Source: Chrysomallon squamiferum (Eukaryota > Animalia > Mollusca). Taken from it: a stretch of DNA of 64,000 nt. Shown one piece after another: positions 1-13,900 of the stretch (positions within the stretch are counted from its first letter, which is position 1; every line of letters starts with the position of its first letter). The notes beneath the pieces were generated by a model. It worked only from the letters and a program-made list of their open reading frames with translations, did no database searches and was not told the origin of the DNA. Location: positions 4,960,001-5,024,000 of the forward strand of contig CM022671.1 of assembly GCA_012295275.1 (NCBI GenBank). The letters are read 5' to 3'. A program made the position numbers and the translations under genes.

Positions 1-367
1 AACATTTATATTGATATCTTTGTATTTATCTAAATTTCAGGTATTTTTATATCTACATACTATAGAGATATCTGTAAAGCTTAAATAAGTGCAGGTACCC
101 AGATAATTTTTCTGGCAAGCTTGGACTGAAAGTGACCCAGATTTCTGGATTTTCTGGTCTTTAGGACCAAAGCTTAACATCTGCTTAAATTATGAAATAA
201 ACAATGAAAAGTAAAAAACACAATTTAACAGACAGAAGATACTTCTAAAGCATGTTTTGTGATAACAGGATAATCGGTCTTGTCCCTGTAAAATTTCTAA
301 ATTCCAGGTACATTTATAAAGGTAGATTACACACAAGCGTATTAATTTCTGCAAGTCTGTTACTCAC

Positions 368-444
368 TTTGCTCTCAGCATGAGCTGTCTGTCGTTTGGA
401 CACACCCAGCGATCCAGACCACTCCCTGCTGACAACTCACCCAT
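368..444 (-). CDS. RPH3A: Rabphilin-3A / Noc2 (RPH3A/RPH3AL family), first coding exon; gene continues beyond the window start
   Basis: Minus-strand exon 497-368 bounded by tttcag| and |gtgagt. ATG at 444, preceded by an in-frame TAA, gives MGELSAGSGLDRWVCPNDRQLMLRAK, matching the rabphilin/Noc2 N-terminal motif WVCPNDRQLxLRAK. Confidence 0.88.
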
Positions 445-3400
445 AGCGCAGACTGTTACAGTTAATGTTCTTATTTCACAGCGTTACCTCCGTTCAACTG
501 AAAGATATAAAAAAATATATATATTGTACAGATGATTAAAGGTGTATAGACACAGATAATTACAGGTAATAATTTAAAATAACTGATAAACTGAGCACAG
601 GTAATTGTAGGTGACTGTTAAATCTCACATGCTAGGTAAAGATGTAAAAGATGTATGAACACATCCATGTTGTTTATTTAATACATTTCTTACATTTTTA
701 AAAATATTTTTATAATTTTGTAGTTTGAATTTAACAGATGGCATGAAAATTATCCCAAAAACATTATGTAATAATTTCAGAAAAAAAATTAAAAAAAATA
801 AATAAATAAAAAAATTAAAAAAAATAAAAATAAAAAAAAAATAAATAAATAAATAAGTATAGAAATGGATGGATGGGGACAGACAGACAGAGAAGAATTA
901 GAAAACTAAATTATAAAATTGTTATCATAATTATTCTCAGTTCAATGTGTTACCAATCACAGAAAAAGCTAATAATAAATTACAATCATGTAATACAATG
1001 ACGTATTCAATATACTGTTTGTATTTATGTACCAACATTTATTATCATATTTATATATCCATCTATATATTAATTATCACTTTTATTATCATAATTATTA
1101 TTTTTTTTTTTTTTTTTTATTATTATTATTATTTTTTTTTTTTTTTTTTTTTTTTATGTCTGAAAAGCACCAGATGTTTCAAATATTAAAACCAAAAACC
1201 ACAGGATTTTAAATAAAAATATTGACGTGTTGTCAGGTATTTAGTTGTGTTTTGAAATGCAGACATGCTACAGATGGGAATTAAATTGTAAAATATTTAA
1301 ATAAAGTCTTGTGTCAACAGATTCTTAAAATCAAATTATGTTTCTAAAAGAACAAAACTGAAAATAGGTTTACTATATAAAGAACATGTGGTAATATATA
1401 TATATATATATATAAAAATAAACCACTGAATACATGCAAATACTGAGAATTACAGTTCTGTAAATAATCCTGTAACAATCAATGTACTTTTTTAAATTAT
1501 TTTCAAATCCAACATCAAAACTAAAGTCACTTCAAAATGTAGTCAGACTTTAACAGTGCAACAACAAAAAGAAATGCAATAATTTCCAGCTAATTTAATA
1601 AAAACATAAAAACAATACTGAATGTGAAGAATGTAATAAATATTATTATTTTATATCAGCTAGTATGGCCTTTGTAAAACACTGATATAATTATTTTGAT
1701 GAATTAATGACATTCACTGACATTTTGGTTATTTCTTTATTTTCACCTCTTTTTAAAACTGTTTATTCACAAAACATCAAATTCATATTGTATATTAACA
1801 ATCACTTATGTCATTCATTGTCCTCTCTCTTTCTCTTTCTATCTCGTTTTATCTTTGTGTCTTCATTTCTCCTTCTCTTTCTCTCTCTTTGTCTGTTTCT
1901 CTGTATCACTCTGTCTCTCTCACTCCATCTCCTTCTCTCTCCCTCTCTATCTCAACATATCTCTCTCTGACTCTGTTTTTGTCCATCTCTGTCTTTCTAT
2001 CAGTCTGTCTGTCTGTTATCCATCCATCTCAATCTGTCTCCATCTGTGAATCTCTGTCTTTTCTCTCTCTAACAAATCATTACAGTCATCCACTGTTCTT
2101 TCGGTCTCTGTCTCTGTCTCTATCCATCCATTCATTCATTTATCTACTCATCCATCCATCCATCCATTTATCCATCCATCTATTCATCTGTCCTCTCTGT
2201 CTGTCAGTCTCTCTGTAACAAGCCATTAAACGTATTCACAGCCTTGCAACCACAAGTACTTGGAGTGCCAACATTCTGGCTCCTGGTCATTTATAAAGAT
2301 GATTCAACGAGTTGATTCTGCAATAATGAGGCACTTGCTGGCAAGTGTCGCTTCAGGCAAGACAGATGATGAACAGACAATCAGACAGCTTGAAGGAGAG
2401 CGAAGAAAAAACATGTTACTAGGTAATAATAGACTGTTGTCTTCATTAGGGCATTGAGCCTTGACCTTAACATTTGTCACTGGCACAGAGCCTGCAGGGA
2501 GGGTTTATTGTGGCTAATGATTCGTGTCAAGTTAAAATACATGTGTGATGATGATTACATAACTACAACAGTGAAAATTACTGGTGTTGTAATAATAATG
2601 ATAATGATAATGGTAATGATGATGATAATGACAATAATAATGAGAATAATACTGCTACTACTAATAATAGTAATAATAATGATGATGATGATGATGATGA
2701 TAATAATAATAATAATGATAATAATAATTATAAAAATGATGAGGATGAGAATGATGATGTGGATAAAATCAGTATTATCAATCACAACAAAGGTTATAAT
2801 TATCACATTCTGGTATAAACCACTAAATCATTTTGACATGTTTGATTTCCAATAACTGTATCATTAATCATTCACTCACTCATTACGTCTCAACATGCAA
2901 TACGCCTTAAACAAACAAAGATAAACATACAGACGGGACGCATTCTATTTTTATACACATAATATTATCATCAGTTAATTTTTAAAAATTTCTCTTTTAT
3001 TGTGAATTTAATTTCCAAATGTGCCTTTTTTTCTTGATGATGTGCACTAATCAATGTAGATCACAATCTTAGTCTTTGAAATTCATTTGCATTTTTTATT
3101 CACGTCAATAACATTCAGTAATGATTGAATTTTAGTTTGTGATGTCGTGTGGGATTGATCTATTCATGCATATTTAACAGGTGAGAACAGGACAAATCCC
3201 TAGTGAATTAAGTATGCAGCATTATCCCATTACAAACCTGTGATCATGTAAATTCAGAATAATTAAGTAAACATGAGGAAAGCTATATGTACCCTCTCAT
3301 AAATAAAAATATTTAAAAAAAAAAATTATTTCATTTTATTGTAATTGTATTGCAGTGCATTTTGTTATTTGTATTTTTTATAACAATTTATTTTACTTAA

Positions 3401-3449
3401 TGTATTTTTATTTTATTTTATTTCTTTTAAGTCGTTTTATATATTATTT

Positions 3450-3745
3450 AATTATGACAACAACAGAGTTTTAATTCTGCCAATAATACTTTATACTTTT
3501 CTGAAAACAGTACTGTATAAATTCTGAAACAAATATTGTTATTAACTTGACAATAATACTGTACTAATTCTAATACTGTATTAATTCTGACAGCACTACT
3601 GTATTGATTCTGACAGTAATACTGTATTAATTCTGACAGCAATACTGTATTAATTCTGACAGCAATACCATATTAAGTCTGACAGCAATATTGTATTAAT
3701 TCTGACAGCAATACTGTACTGATTCTGACAGTAATACTATATTAG
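3450..3745. repeat. 22-bp minisatellite (cagcaatactgtattaattctga-type)
   Basis: About 12 degenerate tandem copies are visible. Confidence 0.9.
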
Positions 3746-4489
3746 AATTGACACAAGATAGCAGTGCTTGGTAACAACAGGATTATTCTAATTTCTTTTA
3801 ATGCTTTTTTCTACTTTTTTGTTTTCTTTCTTCTTCCTTTTTTTCTTTCTCTCTCTGTCTCTAATGCTGATTTAACTCCAAAGCCAATAATTTATTGATA
3901 GCAATTTTCAAATTAAAGAGAAGAATAGTTCCCTGCAGAGATACATTCTTCAAAAGAAAGATTTTTCATCTTCTTTTTCATATCGTTTTTTTCTTTTTTT
4001 AAGTTGTGTTACTTTTATTAATTTCTTCAAATACAGTGTTATTAAATTATTTTATATACTGATAGACCTATTGCTTTTTTTGCAAACATATACACACACA
4101 CACATACACACATATACACTGACATAAACACTCAGACATACAAACATACATATATATACACACATTATTCCACATCCTCCTCACATACATCACCCCCTCC
4201 CCCTCCCCACCTGTGACAAACCTCCCCCTGGAGAAAAATATCACCACTCTTCAATACAATATTCATAATTGCCTCATTCATAAACCAAGTGATTCCATGC
4301 CAGCAGAGAATTCCTGGTCCTTGGACACTGATGATTCTGGTTGCCATAACGACAGTGGAGAAAAAAATCAATATTTCTGTCACATACATTCAATCAGCTG
4401 CTGTAGATAAAGACTGGCTTTTCAAACAGATTTATTCTTCCTCACATCCTGCAGTTTTCAAAGATAATACCACTGATGTGCAATATGAA

Positions 4490-4830
4490 TGTTAGGTCAT
4501 GAGAAGGTGACTGAAAAATGGTGTAGTATCAATATTATGACATGAGTGGGTGACAGTAAAATACTGTATGATATATACATAGTATCATATCAGTGATATC
4601 TCATGAGTGACAGTAAAATATTGTATGATACATACACAGCATAGTATCAGTTTTAAATCATGAGAAGATGACATTAAAATTTTATATAGTGCATAGTGTA
4701 GTATTGGTTCTAAGTCATGAGTGGTGACATTTAAAATACTTTATGTTACAATGTAGTATAAGTATTAAGTAATGAGTGGGTGACAGTAAAATGGTTTGTA
4801 ATACAAAGCATTGTAATAATGTTAGGTAAT
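4490..4830. repeat. ~55-60 bp degenerate tandem repeat (catgagt..gtgacagtaaaata..)
   Basis: About 6 copies. Confidence 0.8.
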
Positions 4831-5330
4831 GTCCCTTCTTACCACCTTCCCTTCTTACCACAAACCCTTCATTGTATTAATGTTAGGTAATGGGATACGG
4901 TATGAACATTAGGTCATATAAACAGAAATTTATTTAGATCATATTCTTACCATGACACCTTCTTACCATCACCCCTTCTTACCACTATCCCTTCTTACTA
5001 CCCCTTCTTACCATCATTCCTTCTTATCACCATTCCTTCTTACCACCTTCCCTTTTACCACAAACCCTTCTTACCATCATCCCTTCTTATCACCATCCCT
5101 TCTTACCACTATCCCTTCTTACCACACCTTCTTACCACAATCCCTTCTTACCACACCTTCTTACCACAACCTTTCTTACCACAATCCCTTCTTACCACAA
5201 ACCCTTCTTACCACCATCCCTTCTTACCACCTTCCCTTTCTACCACCTTTTACTACCACAATCCCTTCTTACCACATTCCCTTCTTACCACAACCTTTCT
5301 TACCACAAACCCTTCTTACAACCATCCCTC
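4830..5330. repeat. ~15-bp pyrimidine-rich minisatellite (cccttcttaccacca)
   Basis: Roughly 30 tandem copies. It explains the spurious ORF 4952-5347. Confidence 0.92.
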
Positions 5331-5438
5331 TGCAATCTAAAAATTGATCACTAAATTATCCTCAATTGTTCAGTACTTTAGAAACATTTGACACGTCCCC
5401 AGTGACGCGAATTCAAAAACTGAGGTTGATGCGCATAC

Positions 5439-5580
5439 CTCGTCGTCTGCAGCTGGGACAGGAAAGTGTGCTGCTGCTGAGAGATAAATAAGTTTTCAGA
5501 GACGAAGATGTCCTGATTGAATAAGTCCACAGACGAACAGAGTGTGAAATCACACAAGTGGGAAATACGGACCAATCAGC
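5439..5580 (-). other. Candidate alternative 5'UTR exon or promoter of the rabphilin gene
   Basis: CpG-containing patch with CCAAT at ~5572, minus-strand donor GAG|GTATGC at 5439 and a possible acceptor tctctcag|cagcag near 5478. Confidence 0.35.
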
Positions 5581-6109
5581 TCTTTTTCTCTACTCAGTTT
5601 ATACTATCAGTGATGCCTCGATGGATGGATGGATGGATGGATGGATGGATCAACTGGATTGGAATGGAATGGATTTGATAGGATGAATGGATAATAAAAG
5701 ACAAATAGATGAATGGATGGATAAACATTGTGGATAGATGGATGGACTGATACATGTATGCCTGATGAACTGATGGACAGAAAATGATTGGATATTTCGA
5801 TTTTCTGAGATAAAATTCAAGACAAACATCTCCATCCAAAAATCCTACTACAAACAGAATGAATAAATTAGTAAATGAATATATATAACATTAAAAATAT
5901 GTTATTTCTCACTTACCTAATTATTTCACTCCCTTGTATCAGTTAGCAGGAGTCATGCCATTCTTATTACTAAATAAATATCAACTGTACTAAAAAAAAT
6001 TATAATAAAATAAATTAAAACAATAAAAAGAAGAAGAAAAGTAAAGATTGTGTTCTAAGGTTGTCATAATGTAAATGAATGTACACATCTAACATTGAAG
6101 ATGATGTGT

Positions 6110-6335
6110 AACAGATTACAGGTGAAAATGATGAAACCGAAAACATATTACAGGTGTTTTACCATTCTTATAGGTAAAACTGAATATAAAAACAATACAA
6201 TACAGATGTTTTAGCATTCTTACATGAAAAACTGAATACAGAAACAATATATTATAGGTGTTTTAGTATCATTACAGGTAAAACGAAATACAAAACAATA
6301 CATTATAGGTATTTTATCACAATAGGTAAAACTGG
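6110..6335. repeat. ~35-bp degenerate tandem repeat (tacaggtaaaactgaata..aaacaata)
   Basis: Recurrent aggtaaaac and aggtgtttta units. Confidence 0.7.
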
Positions 6336-6876
6336 GTCAAGGTGCTTTACTACATGTAGAAATAGAAATAGTGGTTTCTGAATGATGAAAAAAGAGATGA
6401 GGGGTTGAGATAAGGGAGTTTGGGGTTGTTTCCTTTTGTTTTTGTTGTTACATCTGTATGTTTTAAGAGGTGTCCCTTGGAAAGAAAAGATAAATTTGTG
6501 AATTACATTTAAAGTCAGCCTTGTTTATAAAATATACAATTTACAATATATATAAAATATATGATTAACCATCTATAAACCAAAAAATTCCACCAATATA
6601 TAAAATTTACAGTTAGCCTTGTATAAATGATAATAATATAATTATTTGCATAAAATTTAGTTAGCCAATGACACACAATGTTAGGCTTGAACATATATAT
6701 CAAATTTAAAATTAACTTTGTTCAATGAATTTTGTTTGCTTTGTATACAAAACTGTGAGTTAACTCAAACAAGAAATAATTAAAAAATAATAATAATAAA
6801 AATATAATGCAATTAACAATCCAGATAACATTTAATTAACCTTGGACATAAAATGTACACTAAACCATTTTCATAC

Positions 6877-6907
<31 letters not shown>

Positions 6908-7465
6908 CTTTTAACATAAAACTTTTACATAAAATTTACAGTTAGGCAGGTACATACTATTTTCAGTCAAACAAGCAACATCACATTTTTACATAAAATT
7001 TACAGTTAGTCATGCACATATAATTTGTTAGCAAGTTTTTACATAAAATTTTGACTGATTTTGTACAGTGAGACAGGTAACAAGGCACTGTGGATAGCAG
7101 GGACTGTAAATCAGAACACAAACAGATTTTCCCAGTGGAGGCTGTTAGTGTGTGGATGAAATCCTTGTGAAATTGGATTTTTGTTAACTCAGGCATGAAA
7201 CACTCTGGAGAATAGGAAGCACATGCATTTCTTCACATTGTTACTGTCAGAACAAAGTAAGAAAGTGAAAACTTGAAAAAAAAAGGAATGTAAAGCAGAA
7301 AAAAAAAAAAAAAAAAAAAAAAGAAAAAAGAATGTTAATATGAAATATATCATCTGCAATTTCCACACGTAATTGGTAATTTTAAATAAATATGCATAAG
7401 CAAGTTTTTTATTTTTTATTATTATTTTTTTTTTTGTATCATCATCTATCAATAAATGGAAATAT

Positions 7466-7511
<46 letters not shown>

Positions 7512-8791
7512 CATGTATGCATATATCTGTATTTGTGTGTGTATACATACATGCATGTTTATATGAGTATATGTATGTATTTGAGTGTGTCAATATATAT
7601 CTATTTATGCATGCATAAATGTATGTATTTGTGTATACATATTATGTATATATGTACGTATGTATATTTTTAAGTATGTATGTATTTAGTAATTAATATT
7701 CTGTTATATACATCTAATAAGACTTATTTCTACAATATTCAGGAACAAACTGGCATGAAAGGACAAAGTCCACATTTGACCCCACTGAAACCACTGACCA
7801 CACCTGAACACCTGGCACCTAATTCCGAATACTAAAAACAATACTACTTACACACCAAGACAACCTTTTCACTTCTGTCTTTTTTTTTTCATCTCTCTCT
7901 TTCCTCCTTCATTTTTCTCTTTTTTCCTTTTTTTATTTTCTTTTTTCTTATTTTACGAGTTTTTTTAATCCCATTTTTATTCTTTTCCTTTCTTTATATC
8001 ATTTTTCATTCATTTATTCTTTCTTTCCTTCTTTAAAAAATTTTTCTTTCATTCCTGCTTCTTCTGCTCAATTCTGTGACAGTAAAAAAAAAAAACGTCC
8101 ATTTTTAGTTTACTTCAGACTGCTTCCGTTTCTCTTTTTGCACTTGAAATGTGCCAGACTCGAAAATCTGCTGACTCCGCAGATACAGTCAGAAAGAAAT
8201 AAATGAAATTCAATATTTAATCTAGAGGCGAAAAGAAATATTCCTTTTATTGCTTTGGTGGCACTGATGGGGATCTCATGGACGAGGGAATGGATTCAGA
8301 AATGTTAAAAATGGATTTCAAAAATATTGTGGAAATGTTTTGAAAATATGGAGATGGTTCTGAGAAATGAGAAATGTTTTTTTTTTAAAAAGAGTAAAAT
8401 TAATTTAATACTGAATAATTTGAAAATGTAACATGAAGACTGATAAAACTTTAATGTTGAAGTGAAAATGCATTATAAAATTGTAGAATAAATGTTTTTG
8501 AGTGTATAAATCGAATTTTAAAGTGAAAATGGATTTAAAAATGCAATAAAGATTAGTAAAGATTTTTTATTATCATTTTATTAACCATTTGAAGATTTTT
8601 TTTTAAATTATTGATCATGTAAAGAATTTTTTATTTACAAATCATTCAGAGAATTCTTTTTAATTTCTATCTCAAAAAGTTTTTTCATCTTTTAATCATT
8701 TTTTATGTGATTTTAATCAAAGTGTTGTGAATTTTCACTTTTTTACTTTCTTTTCTTCATCCTCCATTATTCTGATTTCCTTTTTTTTTTT

Positions 8792-8828
<37 letters not shown>

Positions 8829-9125
8829 TTATTGTCAATATTGGTCCTCTTACATCTTCCAACCCAAAAAAGTGAACAAAAATTTCAAAACGACTAAATC
8901 TTCTAGAAAATTAGTGCAGCATCATATTACAAATAAAATATATATAAAAAAAGAGTTAAATAATCATTTTCTTATTTAGTACCAAAAATGTAATTTATGA
9001 TAAAATTTCTACAGATTCAACAAATTAAAAACCACAAATATTATCAAAATATTAGTATATTTATTGTTAGCAATATTAAATACATTTTCCCATTTATTTT
9101 ATGGTCCTGTTCTGCTGTTAATAAT

Positions 9126-9162
<37 letters not shown>

Positions 9163-9328
9163 GGAGGATAGACAGGCATACATACACACAAACTCATTAA
9201 CACACATACCTCTATCTTTGGATTTACTATTGAACAAAAGATTTTTATAGCTTTATATTAAAATTGATGTATATAGTTATTTGTACATAAAAACCATATA
9301 TATCCATGTGTAGACACATAAATATATA

Positions 9329-9377
<49 letters not shown>

Positions 9378-9616
9378 TACACATACCCATATACATACAT
9401 ACCTAAATACATACACATACATATACACAATCATAAATTTTAGAACATTTTTAGAATCACAACCCTTTATCAAAATCCAACAAGAAATCTATTATTCTAA
9501 CACTCATATAGTCACACAGGCATTTTAAAATAAACTTTACCTCTGAAATCAGAACCTATTACACAAAAACCTTGTTAAACCCAACACATGTATTGATCTT
9601 TTACTGAAGAAAACTA

Positions 9617-9651
<35 letters not shown>

Positions 9652-10719
9652 TGCACCCACACACATAAAAATCCACAAGAAAATATTTTTACCTTATTAC
9701 CCAATCTTCTTGCTCTGTTGTTCCCTTCACAAGATTATATCCTAAAAATCCTGGCATTACGACTGTCATTCACTGACATTTTTACCATAGTAAGAACATT
9801 TTTTTTAAAAGGGCACAACAGTTCATTAAAACGTGACATACATTACGGCTGATTTCTGTAGGGGCTGGTTCCAGACAGAGGCAGTGTTAATTGTTTCCGC
9901 GGTTGTAGGAAAATCCTTGCTGCTCGCTGAAGATGTTGGTTTAATGCACTCGCAGCCCAAGCCTTAAAGGGGGAGCATCTTGTCAATGGTTTATTTCAGG
10001 TCACAGTGTCAGATTAGAACGTGCGTTCTGTGTAACAAGTTCGAATTGAGTAAATTTTTTCATCAAGTCAGAAGATTGGTAATTCGGAGAGTTGCAGGAA
10101 AGATTTCACTGGTGAAATACACATGCCAGTTTAGGCGAAATCTACCAATGTTAGGTTTTATTCATTCAATTTAATTTTTTTTTTAATTTTATTTGATTTG
10201 ATTTGATTTTTGCTTAGCTTATTCTTTCATTTCATTATTTATTTTATTGATTTGTAATTCATTTTTTCATTATTTTGCTATTTCATTAACTTGAACATAT
10301 TTATTAAATATTTTTCTCAGTTTGAAATATTCGTTCTGACATTCACTGGGGCCTGGAAAACAAAGTCATAGTTTTAACTGGATTCCAAACAATATTGATT
10401 AACTCAAGCAAAAACAAGCAAAATGTGTAATTGCTTTTGCCAAAGAAAATGAAGAAGAAGAGAAAAAACATAAAACCCTTTGACACTGGTCTTGTTCATG
10501 CAGTGACTTTTTATGATACGAGTTGTAGTAGTTGTAGTGGTAGTCAGTGTTGCATTAAGTAATCAACTTTAAAGGCTGCAGACAAAGGGATCTCTGGAGA
10601 TTAAGTTAACAATTATTTCATATTCTTGATTTTGGTTTTGGTTTTTGAAAATATTACTGAAGACCTCACAGGAACCATTGATTACATTCTACAAAGTCCA
10701 AATCAACTTCTGGTGGTTG

Positions 10720-10763
10720 TGGCAGTAGTAAAAATAATAGTAGGAATAGTAGTAATAGTAGTG

Positions 10764-10839
<76 letters not shown>

Positions 10840-10905
10840 CATTAACAGTAGTGACAGTAGCAGCAATAGTAGTAGTAGTAGTTGTAATACCAGCAGCAGT
10901 AGTGT
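10720..10905. repeat. (GTA)n microsatellite
   Basis: Long near-perfect trinucleotide run, representative of many (CA)n, (ATT)n, (GGAT)n and (ATG)n tracts in the window. Confidence 0.95.
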
Positions 10906-13900
10906 TAAATATACAAATATCATATTTTTTGTTTAAGTAGTTAAAACAATTCAGGAAAAATAAATATGAACAGAACTTTGGATTCAGTAATAATTTTGAA
11001 GATACATAAGAGTTATTAAAGTATTTTTTATTAATCTAGAGTTTTAAAAAAATGTGTGTATTGAAAATTAATAACATTCAATGAATTTAAGTTTTGGGGT
11101 GCATTTTATTATTATTACTTAATTCTATATTATCTAAAAAAAACAACAAATAAATAATAATAATAATAAAAAAAGTTATATAATAACAATGCCTAATATT
11201 ACGTCTTCTATTACAAAACAAATCACATCTGCTAAGATAAAAACTTCTATGAATTTTCATAAAATAATCAATCAGAATCAACACAAGCCTTTACAATGTG
11301 AATAAAAATCATTATGCACACATCTGCTTTGTTGTATAGGACACAATAACAAATTAACAATGTAAAACAAGAAATAAATTTATGATCTGACAGGCAAAGT
11401 CACAGAATCTGTACACACAGACAGCCCCATGAGAATAGTTTTAAGACAAACAGCTATCAGGGAATGCAATAGTGTGTAATACATTATTAATGTCTATAGT
11501 TATATAAACATAATAATTTCTACAGTAACAAGTGTTACACATTGTTTTCTATAGTAAATATGTGTTAAATGTTTTGATGTGGATGTCAGAAACTGTATCT
11601 ATGTTCTACAATATTCTGCATCTGTGATTTCACAGTATTTTATTAATAGGAAGGGTTTGTTGTTTTTTTTAGATGACAATCATGTGGGAACAGACAAATT
11701 TAACATAAATATATGTACATAGAAACTGAAACATACATAAATACACATTATACACAGCAATAATATACATACATACATATATACACATACAAAGCAACAT
11801 ACATATATACACACAAATAAGCATTCAATTATCATTCTCTAGATACATAACCTCACTAAAAAGTAGCTGACACTAAGAGGCAGAAACTCCCTCTGGTAAA
11901 AACAACAATCACACCCTGGATACGCTTGCACTGTTTTGTTAAAAGGAATCGTGACAGAAAATGAACAAAACAATTTTTTTGGTGGTATGGCGAACTATTG
12001 TCACTTAGAGATGTGTCAGTTATTTTAAGAGTTGCAAATATAATCCATTAGAAAGTTAATCCTAAGTTGTTATTAGTTTTTCTACTCAGGACATGACTGT
12101 GGAAAAAAAAATGTTTGTCTGTAAGAGGTGGTGTGGTGTGGTGTGGTGTATGTCACAGGATCAAAGCTTGATTGTGGAAGATTTTAAATAGAATGTTGTG
12201 TGATTAAAAGTATGGTATTGTTATTGTTGCTGTTGTTGTTTTTATTTTGTTGTTGCTGTTGTTGTTCTTTTTGTTATTGTTAGTGCTGTTGTTGTTTTAA
12301 ATACTGCAGTTAAAAGTTTCAGTTAATGAACTGTAGAATCATTAATGTTTGTCTTTATGTTTCTGTGTACATGTAATGTGATAATGTTAAATGTGTAACA
12401 GGAATGCATATACATGTACTAACAAACACACACACACACACATTCACATGTTCATACAAAGCTATTTTGTAAAAACAATTAGTAAACAAATGAAGAGAAA
12501 ATACAATTTTCTTTCTTTTGTTAGTTTTGCTGTTAGTTTAAACATTTGTAATTCTCCTGAGAACAGCTGACATAAAAATAATTCACTGTCTGTTTACTTA
12601 CTTTTTCCTAAATCAATAACAAAGGATACTGAAGACAAATATAATATTCCCATTTTAGACATTATCAAAAAATTTAGAATTTTAAATCATTTGGGATTTT
12701 TTTGTTGGTTTTTTTGAGAACTGGATGAAATAATAATAATAATAATAATGACAATGATGATAAAAGCAATGATGATGATGATAATGATAAGTGATCATGA
12801 TAAAAACAAGCATGATGATGATGATGATGATGATGATAAAATGTTTTTGTTTTTTTATGAAGAAAATAATACAGAATGTTAAACTACCAGCTGAGAATAT
12901 GTAAATGTGTGAAAACTGATTTATAACACCCTGAACAAACCAGAAAAAAACTTTGTAACAACTGATAACAAAAATGTCTTTATATATATATATATATTTA
13001 TCTGAGCATGCATGAGTCTGTGTGTCTGTGTGTCATGTGTGTCCAAATATCTATGTATATGTTTTTATCTGTGTATCTGTGTGTATCTGTATATGTGCAT
13101 GTATGTTTTATGCTTGAGTGTCCATCTGTGCATACAGATACACAATTTGTGTATCTGTGTGTATCTGTGTGTATCTGTATGTGTGCATGTATGTTTTATG
13201 CTTGAGTGTCTGTCTATCTATGGAATGCAGATACACAATTTTGACTTATATTGTAAAAGCCTGGTTTTTTGTGTGTCTTTTAGTGTAAAATCTATGTATC
13301 TACTGACCTTGAAATGAAACTCTTCATCACTTTACATTTTTAGAAAACAATTAGAATAAATTTTATAAACAAATAATAAGTTATCAGTCTGCCATTGATT
13401 TCACAAATTAACTTTTTGCATTATTCATTCATCAAATGAGATTTTTATCAATAAAAGCGGCAGAACACCTGTTAATAACCTTACTTCAGTCATGTTGTAG
13501 GTGGGCTAGGTAAACACTGTACTAACGAGTTTACAGGTAACAGGTGTAAATTGAGAGTATACCTTGACAGTGTATACTACTTTGATAATTAAAGTTGTGG
13601 ATGACAATACGTTGTTATGGTGATAAAAAAAAAATATTTGTGAAGATTCAATAAGGAAGTAACAATGATTATTTAATGACAAATTTTGAAATACAGGGTC
13701 ATTAGTTAATGAATATGTCTGTCTTTTTTTGAGGGGGTTTTATGGGGTGATTATAATAAAGAGAAAGAAAAGAAGGAAAGAGAAAAAACAAAAAGAAATG
13801 GAATGATGGATGGATGAATAAACATTCTAGGGAGAGGGAGAGTGAAACAGGGCTAAAAGATGAAAAAGAGATTGAAAAAGAGACTGAAATTAAGAGGAAG

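Noticed and set aside
2260-2457. 65-aa complex-looking ORF as a nested gene
   Set aside because: Non-ATG start, no recognisable motif and no flanking splice sites linking it to other exons.
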